Of a DNA stretch of 64,000 bases, positions 26,270-38,002 are shown piece after piece; within the stretch, counting starts at the first letter, position 1, and each line of letters begins with the position of its first letter. A program made the translations under genes and the position numbers. This DNA comes from an uncultured virus (IMG/VR IMGVR_UViG_3300009370_000013) (Duplodnaviria; Heunggongvirae; Uroviricota; Caudoviricetes). The stretch lies in IMG/VR virus record IMGVR_UViG_3300009370_000013. One strand, 5' to 3'. The notes under the pieces were generated by a model that was not told the DNA's origin, ran no database searches, and was given only the letters and a program-made list of their open reading frames with translations.

Positions 26270-27568
26270 ATGGGAATTAGAACAAGAAATAGAGCTAACA
26301 ATGTAAATACAGATGGCACACCTTTAACTTTAGGTGCAAGTGTGCAACCAGTTAAAGATGATGTAACAGCTTTGGCTTTGAGAGAAGCAACAAACGAATC
26401 GTCTGCTGCTTTCAATTTGCCTAATACTTTTATAGATACGTTTTCAGATGACACAAATCTAGGAACACAAACAGATGTAGATAGAGTTAGTGGTCATATA
26501 ACAACTGCTATAACAACTGTTGACGAATGGGTAAGCGACGCTAATACTTTAGCATTATTACATTATAATGGTTCTAATGGTGGGACAGTATTTACAGATA
26601 GTTCTTCACACAATAGAACAATAACTAGACGTAATCAACCTACTACAAATACAGGAACTAAAAAATTTGGAAGTGCTTCTGCTTTCTTTGATGGTTCAGA
26701 TGACTCTTTATCAATGCCTGATAGTGATGATTGGATTTGGGGGACAGGTGATTGGACTATGGAAACTTGGATATATATGAACGTCAATACAGGCACACAC
26801 GGATATGATATATTCAACCAAGCAAAAACAGATAGTACAGATGTAGGTGGTGCTTGGCATTGGGGTATTAGTCCTAATGCAGGAATGAAACAAAAATTTA
26901 ATGTTTATCATAGAAATAGTACAACAACAGCAGATGATTTTTCTTTTGAATCTGGTACTGCTATGTCAACAGGTCAATGGTATCATATGGCAGTAGTTAG
27001 AGATGGAGGTACAATAAGATTTTATAAAGATGGTGTACAAGATGGTTCTGCTTCTGTACCAACTTCTTCTGGTGGTCATTTAATGACTGGTGCTTTAGGT
27101 GGTCAAGTATGGATAAGTAAAAGAGCTTATACTGACTCTTATGGTGTTCTTAACGGTTATTTAGATGAAATGAGAATATCAAATAATTGTAGATATCCTA
27201 ATGGAACAACTTTTACTCCACAAGAACGTACAACATCAACAGCAACAGGAACATTAATTCAATCAGCTAATACAGTAGATGTAGCTAAAACAAAAGTAGC
27301 TGGAACAATGCTTTATAAAGATGGTATTGGAACAGGAGTTATCGGAACGGATTTAAAAATATATTTCAGTTGTGATAATGGTTCAAATTGGACTGAAGCG
27401 TCAAGTTATGATACTATTACTCCAGTCTATAGTACTGGTGTTAAACAAGTCCGTTTGGGAGAAACAACTTGTACAAGTGGCACAGGAGTTATTTACAAAG
27501 CTGTTTGGGCGAACCAGGCAGATACTACTAAAGAAACACAACTCCACGGAATAGGAATTAATTACTAA
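26270..27568 (+). CDS. virion protein with LamG/concanavalin-A-like lectin domain
   Basis: FG..S..FDG..D.L, DWTMETW, WYH.AVVR.G...FY.DG, GYLDE.RIS. Confidence 0.75.
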   Translation: MGIRTRNRANNVNTDGTPLTLGASVQPVKDDVTALALREATNESSAAFNLPNTFIDTFSDDTNLGTQTDVDRVSGHITTAITTVDEWVSDANTLALLHYNGSNGGTVFTDSSSHNRTITRRNQPTTNTGTKKFGSASAFFDGSDDSLSMPDSDDWIWGTGDWTMETWIYMNVNTGTHGYDIFNQAKTDSTDVGGAWHWGISPNAGMKQKFNVYHRNSTTTADDFSFESGTAMSTGQWYHMAVVRDGGTIRFYKDGVQDGSASVPTSSGGHLMTGALGGQVWISKRAYTDSYGVLNGYLDEMRISNNCRYPNGTTFTPQERTTSTATGTLIQSANTVDVAKTKVAGTMLYKDGIGTGVIGTDLKIYFSCDNGSNWTEASSYDTITPVYSTGVKQVRLGETTCTSGTGVIYKAVWANQADTTKETQLHGIGINY

Positions 27569-27580
27569 TTAGAAAACTTG

Positions 27581-27588
27581 TATAAATA
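27581..27588 (+). promoter_or_regulatory. T4-type late promoter TATAAATA
   Basis: Exact intergenic motif. Confidence 0.7.
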
Positions 27589-27606
27589 TAGATAAAGGAA
27601 ATAAGA

Positions 27607-29067
27607 ATGCCAGCAATTATAACAAATAAATTCAGAATACACAACTCGGAACAATTCCACGAAGCGTTTTCTGAAGCGTCAGGAAATACTTTCTATTTAG
27701 GTATAGGAAGACCTCAAGCATTTACGACTTCTACAAGAGGAGATGGAAGAACAAATAATGAAGGTACAGATTTATTACCTGTGACTCCTGCAGACAACGA
27801 AAATACACAAAATTTTACATATGATGATATGCTTGCTTGTAAAAAAGTAGCAAGTACAAATGCTGGATTTGTAATTCCTAGAAGAAATTGGACGACTGCT
27901 ACTGTATATGATTATTACAGACACGATTATGGAGAATACATTACTGGAACAACAACAGTACAAACTTCAAATAGTGGTGCAGGTACTTTATATGACGCAA
28001 CTTTTTATGTTCTAACTACAGCAAGAAACGTATATAAATGTTTAGATAATAATAATGGTGCGAATTCAACTGTAGAACCTACAGGAACATCAACAACAAT
28101 ATTAGCAACTGCTGATGGATACAAGTGGAAATATATTTACACTTTAACTGCTGCTCAACAAGCAGAATTTTTATCAGTAGATTTTATGGCAGTTGGTACA
28201 AATGGAACAGTTAATGCTGCTGCTGTAGATGGTGCAATCAATATAGTAAAAATTAAAACAGCGGGTTCTGCTGGTACAGATGGAACACATACAGGTGTTC
28301 CAATACGAGGAGATGGATCAAGTGGAGTTTGTTCAGTAACCATTGCTTCAGGTGCAGTTACAGCGGTAACCGTAACTACTCCAGGAACAGGATATACTTA
28401 CGCATATATTAAACTTGCAGATATAAATGCTGCTGGTGGTGGTTCATTAATTACTACAGAATTAGATTGTATGATTGAACCAAAAGGTGGACACGGATTT
28501 AATGCAGTACAAGAGTTAGGTGGATTTTTTGTTATGTTGAATACAAGTTTAGAAGGAACAGAATCAGCTAATTCAGGTGACGTAACTGTTGCAAATGATT
28601 TTAGAAAAGTAAGTTTAATAAGAGACCCGAAATCAGGTGGTACTGCTGCTTCTGCCGCTACATTGAGAGCAACTACAGCAGTTGTTGGTGCGTCTAGTAA
28701 TTTAACATTTTCAGTTGATGAAAAAATTTCACAAGCAAGCACAGGTGCAGTTGGTAAAGTAGTAGAGTGGGATCCAACAAATAAAATATTATATTATATT
28801 CAACCAAGACACAATGATGAGGGAATAGATACTAACGGTAATCAGACAGCATTTAGTGGCACAAATATTATTACTGGTGCAGATACAAACGCAACTTTAA
28901 CACCTGCTACGACAACAGGTACAGTTAATAGTCAAACATTTTCAAACGGATATTCTAGTTCGGAAATTGACCACGGTTCAGGTGAAATAGTTTATGTAGA
29001 AAATAGAGCGCCAATCACTAGAGCTGCTGACCAAACCGAAAATATCAAATTGATTATAGAATTTTAG
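27607..29067 (+). CDS. gp8: baseplate wedge subunit gp8
   Basis: AIITNKFR, VYKCLDNN, DGYKWKY.Y, P.GGHG.N...ELG, NDFR, SGE..YVENR.PITR..DQTE.IK.I.EF. Confidence 0.92.
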   Translation: MPAIITNKFRIHNSEQFHEAFSEASGNTFYLGIGRPQAFTTSTRGDGRTNNEGTDLLPVTPADNENTQNFTYDDMLACKKVASTNAGFVIPRRNWTTATVYDYYRHDYGEYITGTTTVQTSNSGAGTLYDATFYVLTTARNVYKCLDNNNGANSTVEPTGTSTTILATADGYKWKYIYTLTAAQQAEFLSVDFMAVGTNGTVNAAAVDGAINIVKIKTAGSAGTDGTHTGVPIRGDGSSGVCSVTIASGAVTAVTVTTPGTGYTYAYIKLADINAAGGGSLITTELDCMIEPKGGHGFNAVQELGGFFVMLNTSLEGTESANSGDVTVANDFRKVSLIRDPKSGGTAASAATLRATTAVVGASSNLTFSVDEKISQASTGAVGKVVEWDPTNKILYYIQPRHNDEGIDTNGNQTAFSGTNIITGADTNATLTPATTTGTVNSQTFSNGYSSSEIDHGSGEIVYVENRAPITRAADQTENIKLIIEF

Positions 29068-29076
29068 GGGAGTTAA

Positions 29077-32000
29077 ATGCCAAGTCCAACAGATTTTAAC
29101 TTATCGCCCTATTATGATGACTTTAATGAAAGTAAAAAATTTCATAGAGTTCTTTTCAGACCAGCATTTGCTGTACAGGCGAGAGAGTTAACACAATCAC
29201 AGACGCAATTACAAAACCAAGTAGAAAGGGTTAGTGACCATCTATTTGAAAAAGGTTCTATGGTTATACCTGGAGAAATCGGGTACGACTTAAATTACAC
29301 TTCAGTAAAACTTTCAGCAAAATCAAACTCAACTTTAGCAGATTATAACGGAGTAGAATTAACAGGTGCAACTTCAGGCGTTGTTGCAAAAGTTATAGGT
29401 GTATCTGTAGCTGATGGAACTGATCCAGATACATTATTTGTAAAATATACAAAAACTGGAACAGACAATGTAGCAGTTTCTTTTACTGATACAGAAATTT
29501 TAGATTGTACAATTAATGCTTTGGCTGCTACAGCGACTGTTGCTTCAACACATTCAGGTAGTGCTGCCGAAGTTCAAGCAGGAGTTTATTACATTAATGG
29601 ATATCACGTTGAAGTTTCAAAACAAACAGTAGTACTAGACAAATATACAAACACACCTTCATATAGAGTTGGTTTATTAGTTACAGAATCTTTTGTAACT
29701 CCAAATGAAGATGTAAGTTTAAATGATAATGCTCAAGGAACATCAAATCAAAATGCTCCAGGTGCTCATAGATTTAAAATACTTTTAACATTAACAAAAC
29801 TATCTTTAGCTTCAACAGCAGACGCAAACTTTGTAGAGTTGTTAAGATTAAAAAATGGTATTATTCAAAATCAAGTTAGAACAACAGAATACGCTGTAAT
29901 AGAAGATACTTTTGCTCGTAGAACATATGACGAGTCAGGTGATTATGCATTAAGAGATTTTGATTTAGATTTAAGAGAACATTTAGTATCAGGAGATAAT
30001 AGAGGTATCTATACATCAGGTCAAGGTGGGGACGCAACTAAAATTGCTGCTGGTATGGGACCAGGTAAAGCATATGTTCGTGGTTATGAATTAGAAACAA
30101 TAGGTACAACTTTTGTTGATATTGATAAGACAAGAGATTTTGATACAGAAAATAATTTCAAAACAAGATTTAGTTTAGGTAATTACTTAAACGTAACTAA
30201 CGTTTATGGTTCGCCAGATGTTGGTTTCGTTTCAGGAGATTCAGAATCATTTAAAAATATTACTTTACATAAATCAGCAACTACTGTTAGAGGTACTCCT
30301 AATAATGGTGCTGAATCAAGTATTAATTTAATAGGAAGAGCAAAGTCAAGAGGATTTGAATATTCATCTGGTACTGCTTCAAACAATATTTTTTCATTTG
30401 GCGGTTTAACAAGTTCTGTTTTTAAACATTATCTATTTGATGTAGAAATGTTTAATCATTTAAACATACTAACTGCTCAAGGTTTTACTACTGGTGAAAC
30501 TGTAACATCATCATCTGGTGCGACTGGTACAGTTCAATCATCATCAACTACAGAAACACAAGCAATTAATAATATAACTCAAGCAAATCCTACAGTAGTT
30601 CAACACGCAAGTTCCCATAATTTTAAAGATGGACAACAAATTACAATTGCTGGCGTTGGAAGTTCTTGGGCAATTGATTCAGTAGTAGTAACTGGTGGAA
30701 CATTTACAGTTAGAGTAATTAATGCTACAGATTATAATTTATACAAAGAAGATGGAATAACTACTGTTAATTGTACAAATCCAGGTACAGGTGGAACATC
30801 AACACACGGAGTTGTAGTAGTTTCAAATGTACAAGGTACTTTTCTTCCAGGTGAAACAATTACAGGTGGTTCTTCAAGTAATACAGCAGTTATACAAGCA
30901 GATGTTTTAGGACGTAAAGGGTCAACAGTTTTTGGTCCTTCTGATATTAAACAAGTTGCAATGGCAGGTTCTCCAACGTATACTGCTGATGTAGTGAGAG
31001 ATAATGCTAGTATGACAGGTACAATATCTGTCGGAGGTGCAGGAACAATAGTTAGTGGATTTGGTACAAGATTTACAGATGAATTAAAAATTGGAGATAA
31101 AATTACATATACAACAAATACACCTCTTTCTGAAACAAATGAAGTTGCTTATATTATTAATGATACAAGTTTTGCAGTAACTTTAGGTGCAGGTGGTGAT
31201 GTTAGCAAATCATCTTTTACTAGAGGACGAGGTGCAGTAAAAGAACCAAGTAAAAATATTTCAATATTTGAAATGCCAAATGAAACAGTTAAGACATTAA
31301 AGACAACTGTTAATTCAGGAATAACTGATACAAACTTTTCTATACGAAGAGCATTTACAGCAACATTAGGATCAAATGGTGACGCAACTATAACATCAGG
31401 AACAAATGAAACATTTAGTGGATTAGCAGAAAAAGATTTTTCTGTATCTATTATGTCAATGGGTGCAGGTACAGGAGGAGAAGTTGGCGCTGTATTAAGT
31501 TTAAGTGGTACTAACCATTTAGCGGGTGATATATTTACATTAGGTGGTTCTCCAACAGGTAAAACTTTAACATTAACTTTTGGTACTGATTATGCAGGAC
31601 ATAAAGTAAAAATATTAGCAACAGTTAATAGAAGTGTTGCAGGTTCTAAAACTAAAACTTTAGCTTCAGCACAAACAGTACAGATATCAACTCAAGCAGA
31701 AGTAGAAAGTGGAGTATGTGGTCTAGGTAAAGCAGACGTTTATAAAATTAATAATGTTTATATGTCAGCAGATTTTTCTACAAATGCTATTGCTGGTGAT
31801 ACAGATATTACAGATAGATTTACTTTAGATACAGGACAAAGAGATAACTTCTATGACATTGGAAGACTTAAATTAAAAAATGGTGCAATAACTCCAATAG
31901 GAAGATTACTAGTTAATTTTGATTACTTCTCTCACGGTTCTGGAGATTATTTTGATGTAGACTCTTATGCAGGTGTTGTTAACTATGAAGACATTTCAAA

Positions 32001-35000
32001 TTATTCTTCTGACACAACAGGAAAAATATTTAGATTAAGAGATTGTTTAGATTTTAGACCAAGAGTAGATGACTCTTCAACAATAAATTCAGGTATTCAA
32101 GACCGTTCTTATGACGGCACAGGTGCTTCTACAGTTGATATGGTTAAATTTGGATCAGATATTACTTCTGATTTTGAATACTACTTACCAAGAATAGATA
32201 AAATCTTTTTAGATAAAGAAGGAAATTTTAAAGTTTCTAAAGGTGCAAGTGCATTGGTTCCTCAAGTTCCAAAATCTTTAGATGGCGCAATGCTATTATA
32301 TACTTTAGAAATGCCATCTTACGTTTTATCTTTAGATGATATTACTGTTAAAGCAGTTGATAATAGAAGATATACAATGAGAGATATTGGTTATTTAGAA
32401 ACTAGAATTGAGAATATGGAATATTATACTCAATTATCATTGTTAGAAACACAAGCACAAAATTTACAAATACAAGACGCAAATGGTTTTGATAGATTTA
32501 AAAACGGAATTATAGTAGACAACTTTAGTGGTCACAATATAGGTGATGTAGGAAATATAGATTACAAATCATCTATTGATATGGCAAGAGGTCAATTAAG
32601 ACCTATGTTCAATGAGGACGCAGTACAATTAATAGAAGCAGATGATGATGGTACTGCTATTTTAGCAACAGATAGAACGGATGGAACATATCAAAAAACT
32701 GGAGATTGTTTAACATTACCTTATACTGAAACTGCTTTAATAACACAACCTTTCGCAAGTAAGAGTGTCAATGTTAATCCATTTGATGTCTTTACTTGGT
32801 CAGGTGCAATAGAATTAACTCCACCAAGTGATGAGTGGAAAGAAACAGAACGAAGACCAGAATTAGTTATAAACAATGTTGGTGGTTTTGATACGTTAGT
32901 TTCTGGAATTCCAAACAATGGTTTACAAGGTGTTGAAATAGGAACAATATGGAATGATTGGCAAGATTTTTGGTCTGGTTCAACTAGAGATGTCGCAAGT
33001 AGACAAGTTGGTGGCGGAAGAGCAGGAAGAAGAGTATTTGCTGTTGATGAAATAGAAACTGCTCAAAATGTTCAACAAACAAGAACAGGATTAAGACAAA
33101 GATTAGTTCCTCAAGTAGTAAGAAATTCAATAGGCGATAGAATTGTTAATGTTGCTTTTGTACCATTTGTTAGAAGTAGAACAATATCATTTAGTGGAAC
33201 AAGGATGAAACCAAATACAAGAGTTTATCCTTACTTTGATAATATTGCAATAGCAACTTATTGTACACCAACTGGCGGTTCATTAGGAGGCAATATTGTA
33301 ACCGACGCCAATGGTGCGTGTTCAGGTACTTTTGCAATTCCTGATCCAACTAATAATTCAAATCCAAGATGGCGTACTGGTCAAAGAGTATTCAGATTAA
33401 CAAGTTCAGTTACAAATGATACAAGTACAGATGTAGAAACTTCAGGAGAAGCAGATTATGTCGCAAGAGGAATTTTAGAAACTGTACAGAATACAATTAT
33501 ATCAACAAGAGAACCTAGACTTGAAAGACAGGCTACAACTGAAAACAGAAGTATTACAAGAACATCTACAAGACGAAGTGAAAGAACGGTTGGTTGGGTT
33601 GACCCATTAGCACAAACATTTATGATTGATGATGTTGGTGGTGTATTCTTAACTTCTGTTGATTTATTTTTCGGTACTAAAGATAGTAATATTCCAATTA
33701 CAGTTCAAATAAGAGAAGTTGTAAATGGATATCCAGGATCAACAATATTACCATTTAGTGAAACAACAATAAATCCAGGTTCAGTTAATACAAGTGCTGA
33801 TGGAACAGTAGCAACTACATTTACTTTTTCAGGTCCTGTATATGTACAAGAAAATGTTGAGTATTGTTTTGTTGTACTTGCAAACTCAAATGAGTATAAT
33901 GCTTATGTTGGAAGATTAGGTGAAACAGTATTAGGTTCTGATAGAACAATATCACAACAACCATATGCTGGTGTTATGTTTAAATCTCAAAATGGTTCAA
34001 CTTGGACTGCTGAACAAAACGAAGATATTAAATTTACATTAAAGAGAGCAGAATTTGCAGACGCTGTTGGTAGAGTTACACTTTGCAATGACGAATTACC
34101 AGCAAGAAAACTTAAAAACAATCCTATTAGAACAACGCAAGGTTCAGATGTAGTTAGAGTTTATCATCCAAATCACGGAATGCATAGTACATCAAACAAT
34201 GTAACTATATCTGGAGTTCCTTCAGGAACATACAACGGATTAGCGCATAGTTCAATTAATGGAACATATACAAGTATATCAAACATAACTTTAGATAGTT
34301 ATGATATACAAATACCAGGTTCAACAACCGCAACTACAAACGGAGATATTGGAAGTAATGCTGTTTATGCAACACAAAATAGATTGTATGATGTTATGAA
34401 TTTAAACTTATCAACAATGAGTTTACCAGGTACGAGTATATCTTATAAATTAAGACCTACTACTGGACAATCAATACACGGTTCAGAAGCAGAATTTAGT
34501 ACAGTTGCAGTTGCAAACGCTGGGTCTATAATTGCAAATGATAATATCTATTGTACTTCACCTAAAATGGTTGCAAGTCAAATAAATGAAACAAATGAAA
34601 TGAACGGTTTAAAATCTTTGTATGTAAATGTAGAAATGACAAGTACAAGTACTAAACTATCACCACTTATAGATTTACAAAGAATTAGTGCATACACAAT
34701 ACAAAATAGATTAAATAATCCAACATCTGGTAATACACCAGACTTTGTTGCTGATACTGCTCCAACTGGAAGTTCAACAGCAGGTGTGTACTTAACTAGA
34801 CCTATTGTTATAGAAAATAATTCTACTTCTCTTGATATAAGACTATCAGCAAATGTTCGTTCAAGTTCATTAATTAGACTTTATTACAGAACATCTGGTG
34901 GTTCTGAAACTAGAAAAATTGAAGATATAAATTGGTTGCCATTTAATTCAGATGGTAGCGAAGATATTTCAATTCCTCCTGCAGAAGACGATAGTACATT

Positions 35001-35133
35001 TAGAGAATACAAATATACAGCAAGCGGATTAAATGATTTCACTTCATTTCAAATTAAAATTGTAATGAAAGGGTCTATATCATCTTATCCACCAATCTGT
35101 AAAGATATGAGAGGAATTGCATTAGCAATATAA
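29077..35133 (+). CDS. large virion structural protein (VrlC / DUF4815-like)
   Basis: N.SPYYDDF, LFRP..AVQARELTQ.Q, APGAHR, ARRTYDESGDY, DNRRYTMRDI, DPLAQTF. Confidence 0.85.
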   Translation: MPSPTDFNLSPYYDDFNESKKFHRVLFRPAFAVQARELTQSQTQLQNQVERVSDHLFEKGSMVIPGEIGYDLNYTSVKLSAKSNSTLADYNGVELTGATSGVVAKVIGVSVADGTDPDTLFVKYTKTGTDNVAVSFTDTEILDCTINALAATATVASTHSGSAAEVQAGVYYINGYHVEVSKQTVVLDKYTNTPSYRVGLLVTESFVTPNEDVSLNDNAQGTSNQNAPGAHRFKILLTLTKLSLASTADANFVELLRLKNGIIQNQVRTTEYAVIEDTFARRTYDESGDYALRDFDLDLREHLVSGDNRGIYTSGQGGDATKIAAGMGPGKAYVRGYELETIGTTFVDIDKTRDFDTENNFKTRFSLGNYLNVTNVYGSPDVGFVSGDSESFKNITLHKSATTVRGTPNNGAESSINLIGRAKSRGFEYSSGTASNNIFSFGGLTSSVFKHYLFDVEMFNHLNILTAQGFTTGETVTSSSGATGTVQSSSTTETQAINNITQANPTVVQHASSHNFKDGQQITIAGVGSSWAIDSVVVTGGTFTVRVINATDYNLYKEDGITTVNCTNPGTGGTSTHGVVVVSNVQGTFLPGETITGGSSSNTAVIQADVLGRKGSTVFGPSDIKQVAMAGSPTYTADVVRDNASMTGTISVGGAGTIVSGFGTRFTDELKIGDKITYTTNTPLSETNEVAYIINDTSFAVTLGAGGDVSKSSFTRGRGAVKEPSKNISIFEMPNETVKTLKTTVNSGITDTNFSIRRAFTATLGSNGDATITSGTNETFSGLAEKDFSVSIMSMGAGTGGEVGAVLSLSGTNHLAGDIFTLGGSPTGKTLTLTFGTDYAGHKVKILATVNRSVAGSKTKTLASAQTVQISTQAEVESGVCGLGKADVYKINNVYMSADFSTNAIAGDTDITDRFTLDTGQRDNFYDIGRLKLKNGAITPIGRLLVNFDYFSHGSGDYFDVDSYAGVVNYEDISNYSSDTTGKIFRLRDCLDFRPRVDDSSTINSGIQDRSYDGTGASTVDMVKFGSDITSDFEYYLPRIDKIFLDKEGNFKVSKGASALVPQVPKSLDGAMLLYTLEMPSYVLSLDDITVKAVDNRRYTMRDIGYLETRIENMEYYTQLSLLETQAQNLQIQDANGFDRFKNGIIVDNFSGHNIGDVGNIDYKSSIDMARGQLRPMFNEDAVQLIEADDDGTAILATDRTDGTYQKTGDCLTLPYTETALITQPFASKSVNVNPFDVFTWSGAIELTPPSDEWKETERRPELVINNVGGFDTLVSGIPNNGLQGVEIGTIWNDWQDFWSGSTRDVASRQVGGGRAGRRVFAVDEIETAQNVQQTRTGLRQRLVPQVVRNSIGDRIVNVAFVPFVRSRTISFSGTRMKPNTRVYPYFDNIAIATYCTPTGGSLGGNIVTDANGACSGTFAIPDPTNNSNPRWRTGQRVFRLTSSVTNDTSTDVETSGEADYVARGILETVQNTIISTREPRLERQATTENRSITRTSTRRSERTVGWVDPLAQTFMIDDVGGVFLTSVDLFFGTKDSNIPITVQIREVVNGYPGSTILPFSETTINPGSVNTSADGTVATTFTFSGPVYVQENVEYCFVVLANSNEYNAYVGRLGETVLGSDRTISQQPYAGVMFKSQNGSTWTAEQNEDIKFTLKRAEFADAVGRVTLCNDELPARKLKNNPIRTTQGSDVVRVYHPNHGMHSTSNNVTISGVPSGTYNGLAHSSINGTYTSISNITLDSYDIQIPGSTTATTNGDIGSNAVYATQNRLYDVMNLNLSTMSLPGTSISYKLRPTTGQSIHGSEAEFSTVAVANAGSIIANDNIYCTSPKMVASQINETNEMNGLKSLYVNVEMTSTSTKLSPLIDLQRISAYTIQNRLNNPTSGNTPDFVADTAPTGSSTAGVYLTRPIVIENNSTSLDIRLSANVRSSSLIRLYYRTSGGSETRKIEDINWLPFNSDGSEDISIPPAEDDSTFREYKYTASGLNDFTSFQIKIVMKGSISSYPPICKDMRGIALAI

Positions 35134-35137
35134 TAAA

Positions 35138-35359
35138 ATGGCAAACGGAGTATTGAAAGTTGAAGGACACTCAAATTTAGTTAGAGATATTAATACTAAT
35201 GCGATAGTTAGAACAAGTAATGAATATGCTATCTATATGAAAAGAATAAAACAAAGAGAAGAGAATGCAGACCAATTAAGAGGTATGTGTTCCGAGATAA
35301 ATAATTTAAAGAAAGAATTAAGAGAAATAAAAGATTTAATTAAGAAGGTTATAAAATAA
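35138..35359 (+). CDS. small coiled-coil hypothetical protein
   Basis: KVEGH.NLVRD..T.AI, C-terminal coiled coil; follows the VrlC-like gene. Confidence 0.65.
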   Translation: MANGVLKVEGHSNLVRDINTNAIVRTSNEYAIYMKRIKQREENADQLRGMCSEINNLKKELREIKDLIKKVIK

Positions 35360-35360
35360 A

Positions 35361-36293
35361 ATGGCTGTAAGAAATATAGCAATAACAGATACACTAGAAA
35401 CGTTTAGAACGCAATTTAATGCGTTAGCGGCAGATGACTTTGGCGATATAGGAACGTTAGACTCTTCATTGGCGGCAACAAGTGTTATAGGTGCTGTAAA
35501 TGAATTGTCTGCTCAAGTAGGTGCCGCTGAAGGTTGGAAGATGGAAGATTCTTCTTCAACTATACAGCAAGTTGGTGCAGGTCAAACTGCTATATTTAAA
35601 GGTGTTTCAAACCAAACAACTGCTGTTGTAACTGTTCCAGATACTTTAACAATTGGATTGACTAATAGTGTAACTATTACAACTCAATTAACATCTCCAA
35701 TTGTAGTTGCAGGAAATTTAACTTTAACAAATGGTTCTATTACAGATTCAAGTGGTACTATAGATTTTGGTAATGAAAATTTAACAACAACTGGTGACAT
35801 ACAAGCAAATCTTCTGACAGCGCCGAGTATTACAACTACAGGTGGGACGAGTACATTAGGAACAATTTTAATAGTTGGTAATACAATTTCATCTACAGAT
35901 TCTACTGTAATTCATTTTGATGATGATGTTCAAGTTGAAGGAACATTAAGAACAAATACTATGTCTGCTCGCACAGGAGATAGTGTTAGTTTTGGTAATA
36001 GTCATATATCAACAAATAATATAACAACAAGTGGGGCTATTTACTTAACAGGTGCAAATAGCAATTTAGGTATTTATTTTGAAGGTGCAACAAATGACGC
36101 ATTTAAAACATATATAAGACCTACAGACCCTACAGCAGAAAGAATAGTAACATTACCTGATTTAACTGGAACTGCAATTTTAGATACTTCAACAGCATAT
36201 GCAACAGGTGATATCTTTACAGCTTCATCAACTTTAATAATATACAACTCAGCGGGAGTAGCGCAAAAGACGATTGTTGGTAGTGCTACATAG
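35361..36293 (+). CDS. fibre/virion structural protein
   Basis: TDTLE.FR...N N-terminus; FEGAT.DAF.T.....DPTA.R..TLPD.TGT segment shared with 52060..52440. Confidence 0.65.
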   Translation: MAVRNIAITDTLETFRTQFNALAADDFGDIGTLDSSLAATSVIGAVNELSAQVGAAEGWKMEDSSSTIQQVGAGQTAIFKGVSNQTTAVVTVPDTLTIGLTNSVTITTQLTSPIVVAGNLTLTNGSITDSSGTIDFGNENLTTTGDIQANLLTAPSITTTGGTSTLGTILIVGNTISSTDSTVIHFDDDVQVEGTLRTNTMSARTGDSVSFGNSHISTNNITTSGAIYLTGANSNLGIYFEGATNDAFKTYIRPTDPTAERIVTLPDLTGTAILDTSTAYATGDIFTASSTLIIYNSAGVAQKTIVGSAT

Positions 36294-36304
36294 GAGATTT
36301 AATT

Positions 36305-37234
36305 ATGGCTATACGAGCTCCTTTATACTATAGCGGCGGTTATTTAAAAGAGATGTCTTCTGCCGAAGTAGACCAAATAATAGCACAAGCAATTTATCAA
36401 TATTCACAAACACCATCTGTTGCATTATCAGTAGTAGGTTCTGGTGGTAATGTTGGATCAATAACAGATACAAGACAACAAGCGGGTGCTATGTCAACTC
36501 ACGCTTCAGCTTTTCCATCTGAAGCAACAACAGCAGAACCTACAACGGTAACTATTACTTACGATAAAATAGAGCAAACTGTAACCTCTGGTTCAGCTCC
36601 AACTGATTCAGGAAAAACTTGGCCTGTCTATAGAACAGCAGGTAATGATATTCAAGCAATGACGTTGCAAGATGTTAAAGATACATTTATACATCCTGCT
36701 ATTGATTTATTGACAGCGGCGACTACAACAAGCGAACAAGCTGGAACATATCATATTAATGGTTCAAATAGTGTTGCAGGTTCTACTTTAGTTGACGCAA
36801 CAGCAATTTTTGTAAATACTCAAGCAGATACAACTGCTTATACAGCAGGTAATATTCCTGAAGCGTTAGACCAACCTACAACAATTCAAAATTATTATTT
36901 GCATAGAGTAGATGGTGTTGATACTACTATAACAAAAAGTCCAGTTTATATAACTGGTGGAAATGATTTACAAGAATATACAGAAGTTGCTTTTGAAACT
37001 TTATTAGCAAGTCATATTAAATATACTGCCGCTGCTTCAGTAGATGGTTATAAAATAACTTACAGTTATACAACAGGATTAAATAGAGGTTCTGGTATGG
37101 CAGATACAATATTAAATGGTACAGGAGATTATCAAACTTATCAAGCGGGTGCAGATGATTATAGAGCGCAAGAATTTCCAGATGGAACAGCGTCAGCAGC
37201 AAACACTTGGTATTTGAAGATAAATAAGAGTTAG
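36305..37234 (+). CDS. virion structural protein (possible fibre connector)
   Basis: Thr/Ala/Ser-rich 309 aa ORF, GGAG RBS, in structural operon. Confidence 0.55.
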   Translation: MAIRAPLYYSGGYLKEMSSAEVDQIIAQAIYQYSQTPSVALSVVGSGGNVGSITDTRQQAGAMSTHASAFPSEATTAEPTTVTITYDKIEQTVTSGSAPTDSGKTWPVYRTAGNDIQAMTLQDVKDTFIHPAIDLLTAATTTSEQAGTYHINGSNSVAGSTLVDATAIFVNTQADTTAYTAGNIPEALDQPTTIQNYYLHRVDGVDTTITKSPVYITGGNDLQEYTEVAFETLLASHIKYTAAASVDGYKITYSYTTGLNRGSGMADTILNGTGDYQTYQAGADDYRAQEFPDGTASAANTWYLKINKS

Positions 37235-37249
37235 AAATGAGATTTTATT

Positions 37250-38002
37250 ATGAAAATATTATTAACTGGTAGTGATGGATTTATTGGTAAAAATCTTTCA
37301 GTATGGTTATCAGAAAAACATTTTGATGTAATTGGTTTAGACCGTAATACAGGTAAAGAATTACTTACCTGTGATTTAAAATATGATGTTGATTGTGTTG
37401 TACATCTGGCAGGTCTATCTGGTGTCAGACAAAGTTTTGAAAATCCTACAGACTATTGGAAACAAAACGTTATCGTAAGTCAAAGAATATTTGACTATTT
37501 TAAAGATACAAGAATTTTGTATGCAAGTTCAAGTACTGCATATGAACCCTGGAGAAATCCTTATGCAATGAGTAAGTATAGTATGGAACAAATTGCTCCT
37601 GCAAATAGTTTAGGTATGAGATTTACTACTGTATATGGACCTGGTGCAAGAGATACTATGTTGATACCAAAAATTTTAAAAAATGATGTGCCATATATTA
37701 ATACAAATCATAGTAGAGATTTTATACACGTGTATGATATTTGTTCAGCGATTGAATCTATATTAAGACAAAAATCAATTACAGCATTTCCTGAAAAGAC
37801 AGGTGCAATAGATATAGGAACAGGTATTACAAATAAGTTAACTGATATGATGGACTACTTTGGAATTACTCCTGAAAAAAGAGTTGGTGGTGATACTGAA
37901 AGACTTGACAACAAAGCGAATATAGAAGCAATGACAAGTTATGGTTGGGAACCTCAATATGAAGTAAAAAAATATATAGAAGAAAATAGGAGAACGAATT
38001 AA
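37250..38002 (+). CDS. NAD-dependent nucleotide-sugar epimerase/dehydratase (extended SDR)
   Basis: TGSDGFIG, VVHLAG, YASSS, YAMSK, RFTTVYGP, RDFIHV.D. Confidence 0.9.
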   Translation: MKILLTGSDGFIGKNLSVWLSEKHFDVIGLDRNTGKELLTCDLKYDVDCVVHLAGLSGVRQSFENPTDYWKQNVIVSQRIFDYFKDTRILYASSSTAYEPWRNPYAMSKYSMEQIAPANSLGMRFTTVYGPGARDTMLIPKILKNDVPYINTNHSRDFIHVYDICSAIESILRQKSITAFPEKTGAIDIGTGITNKLTDMMDYFGITPEKRVGGDTERLDNKANIEAMTSYGWEPQYEVKKYIEENRRTN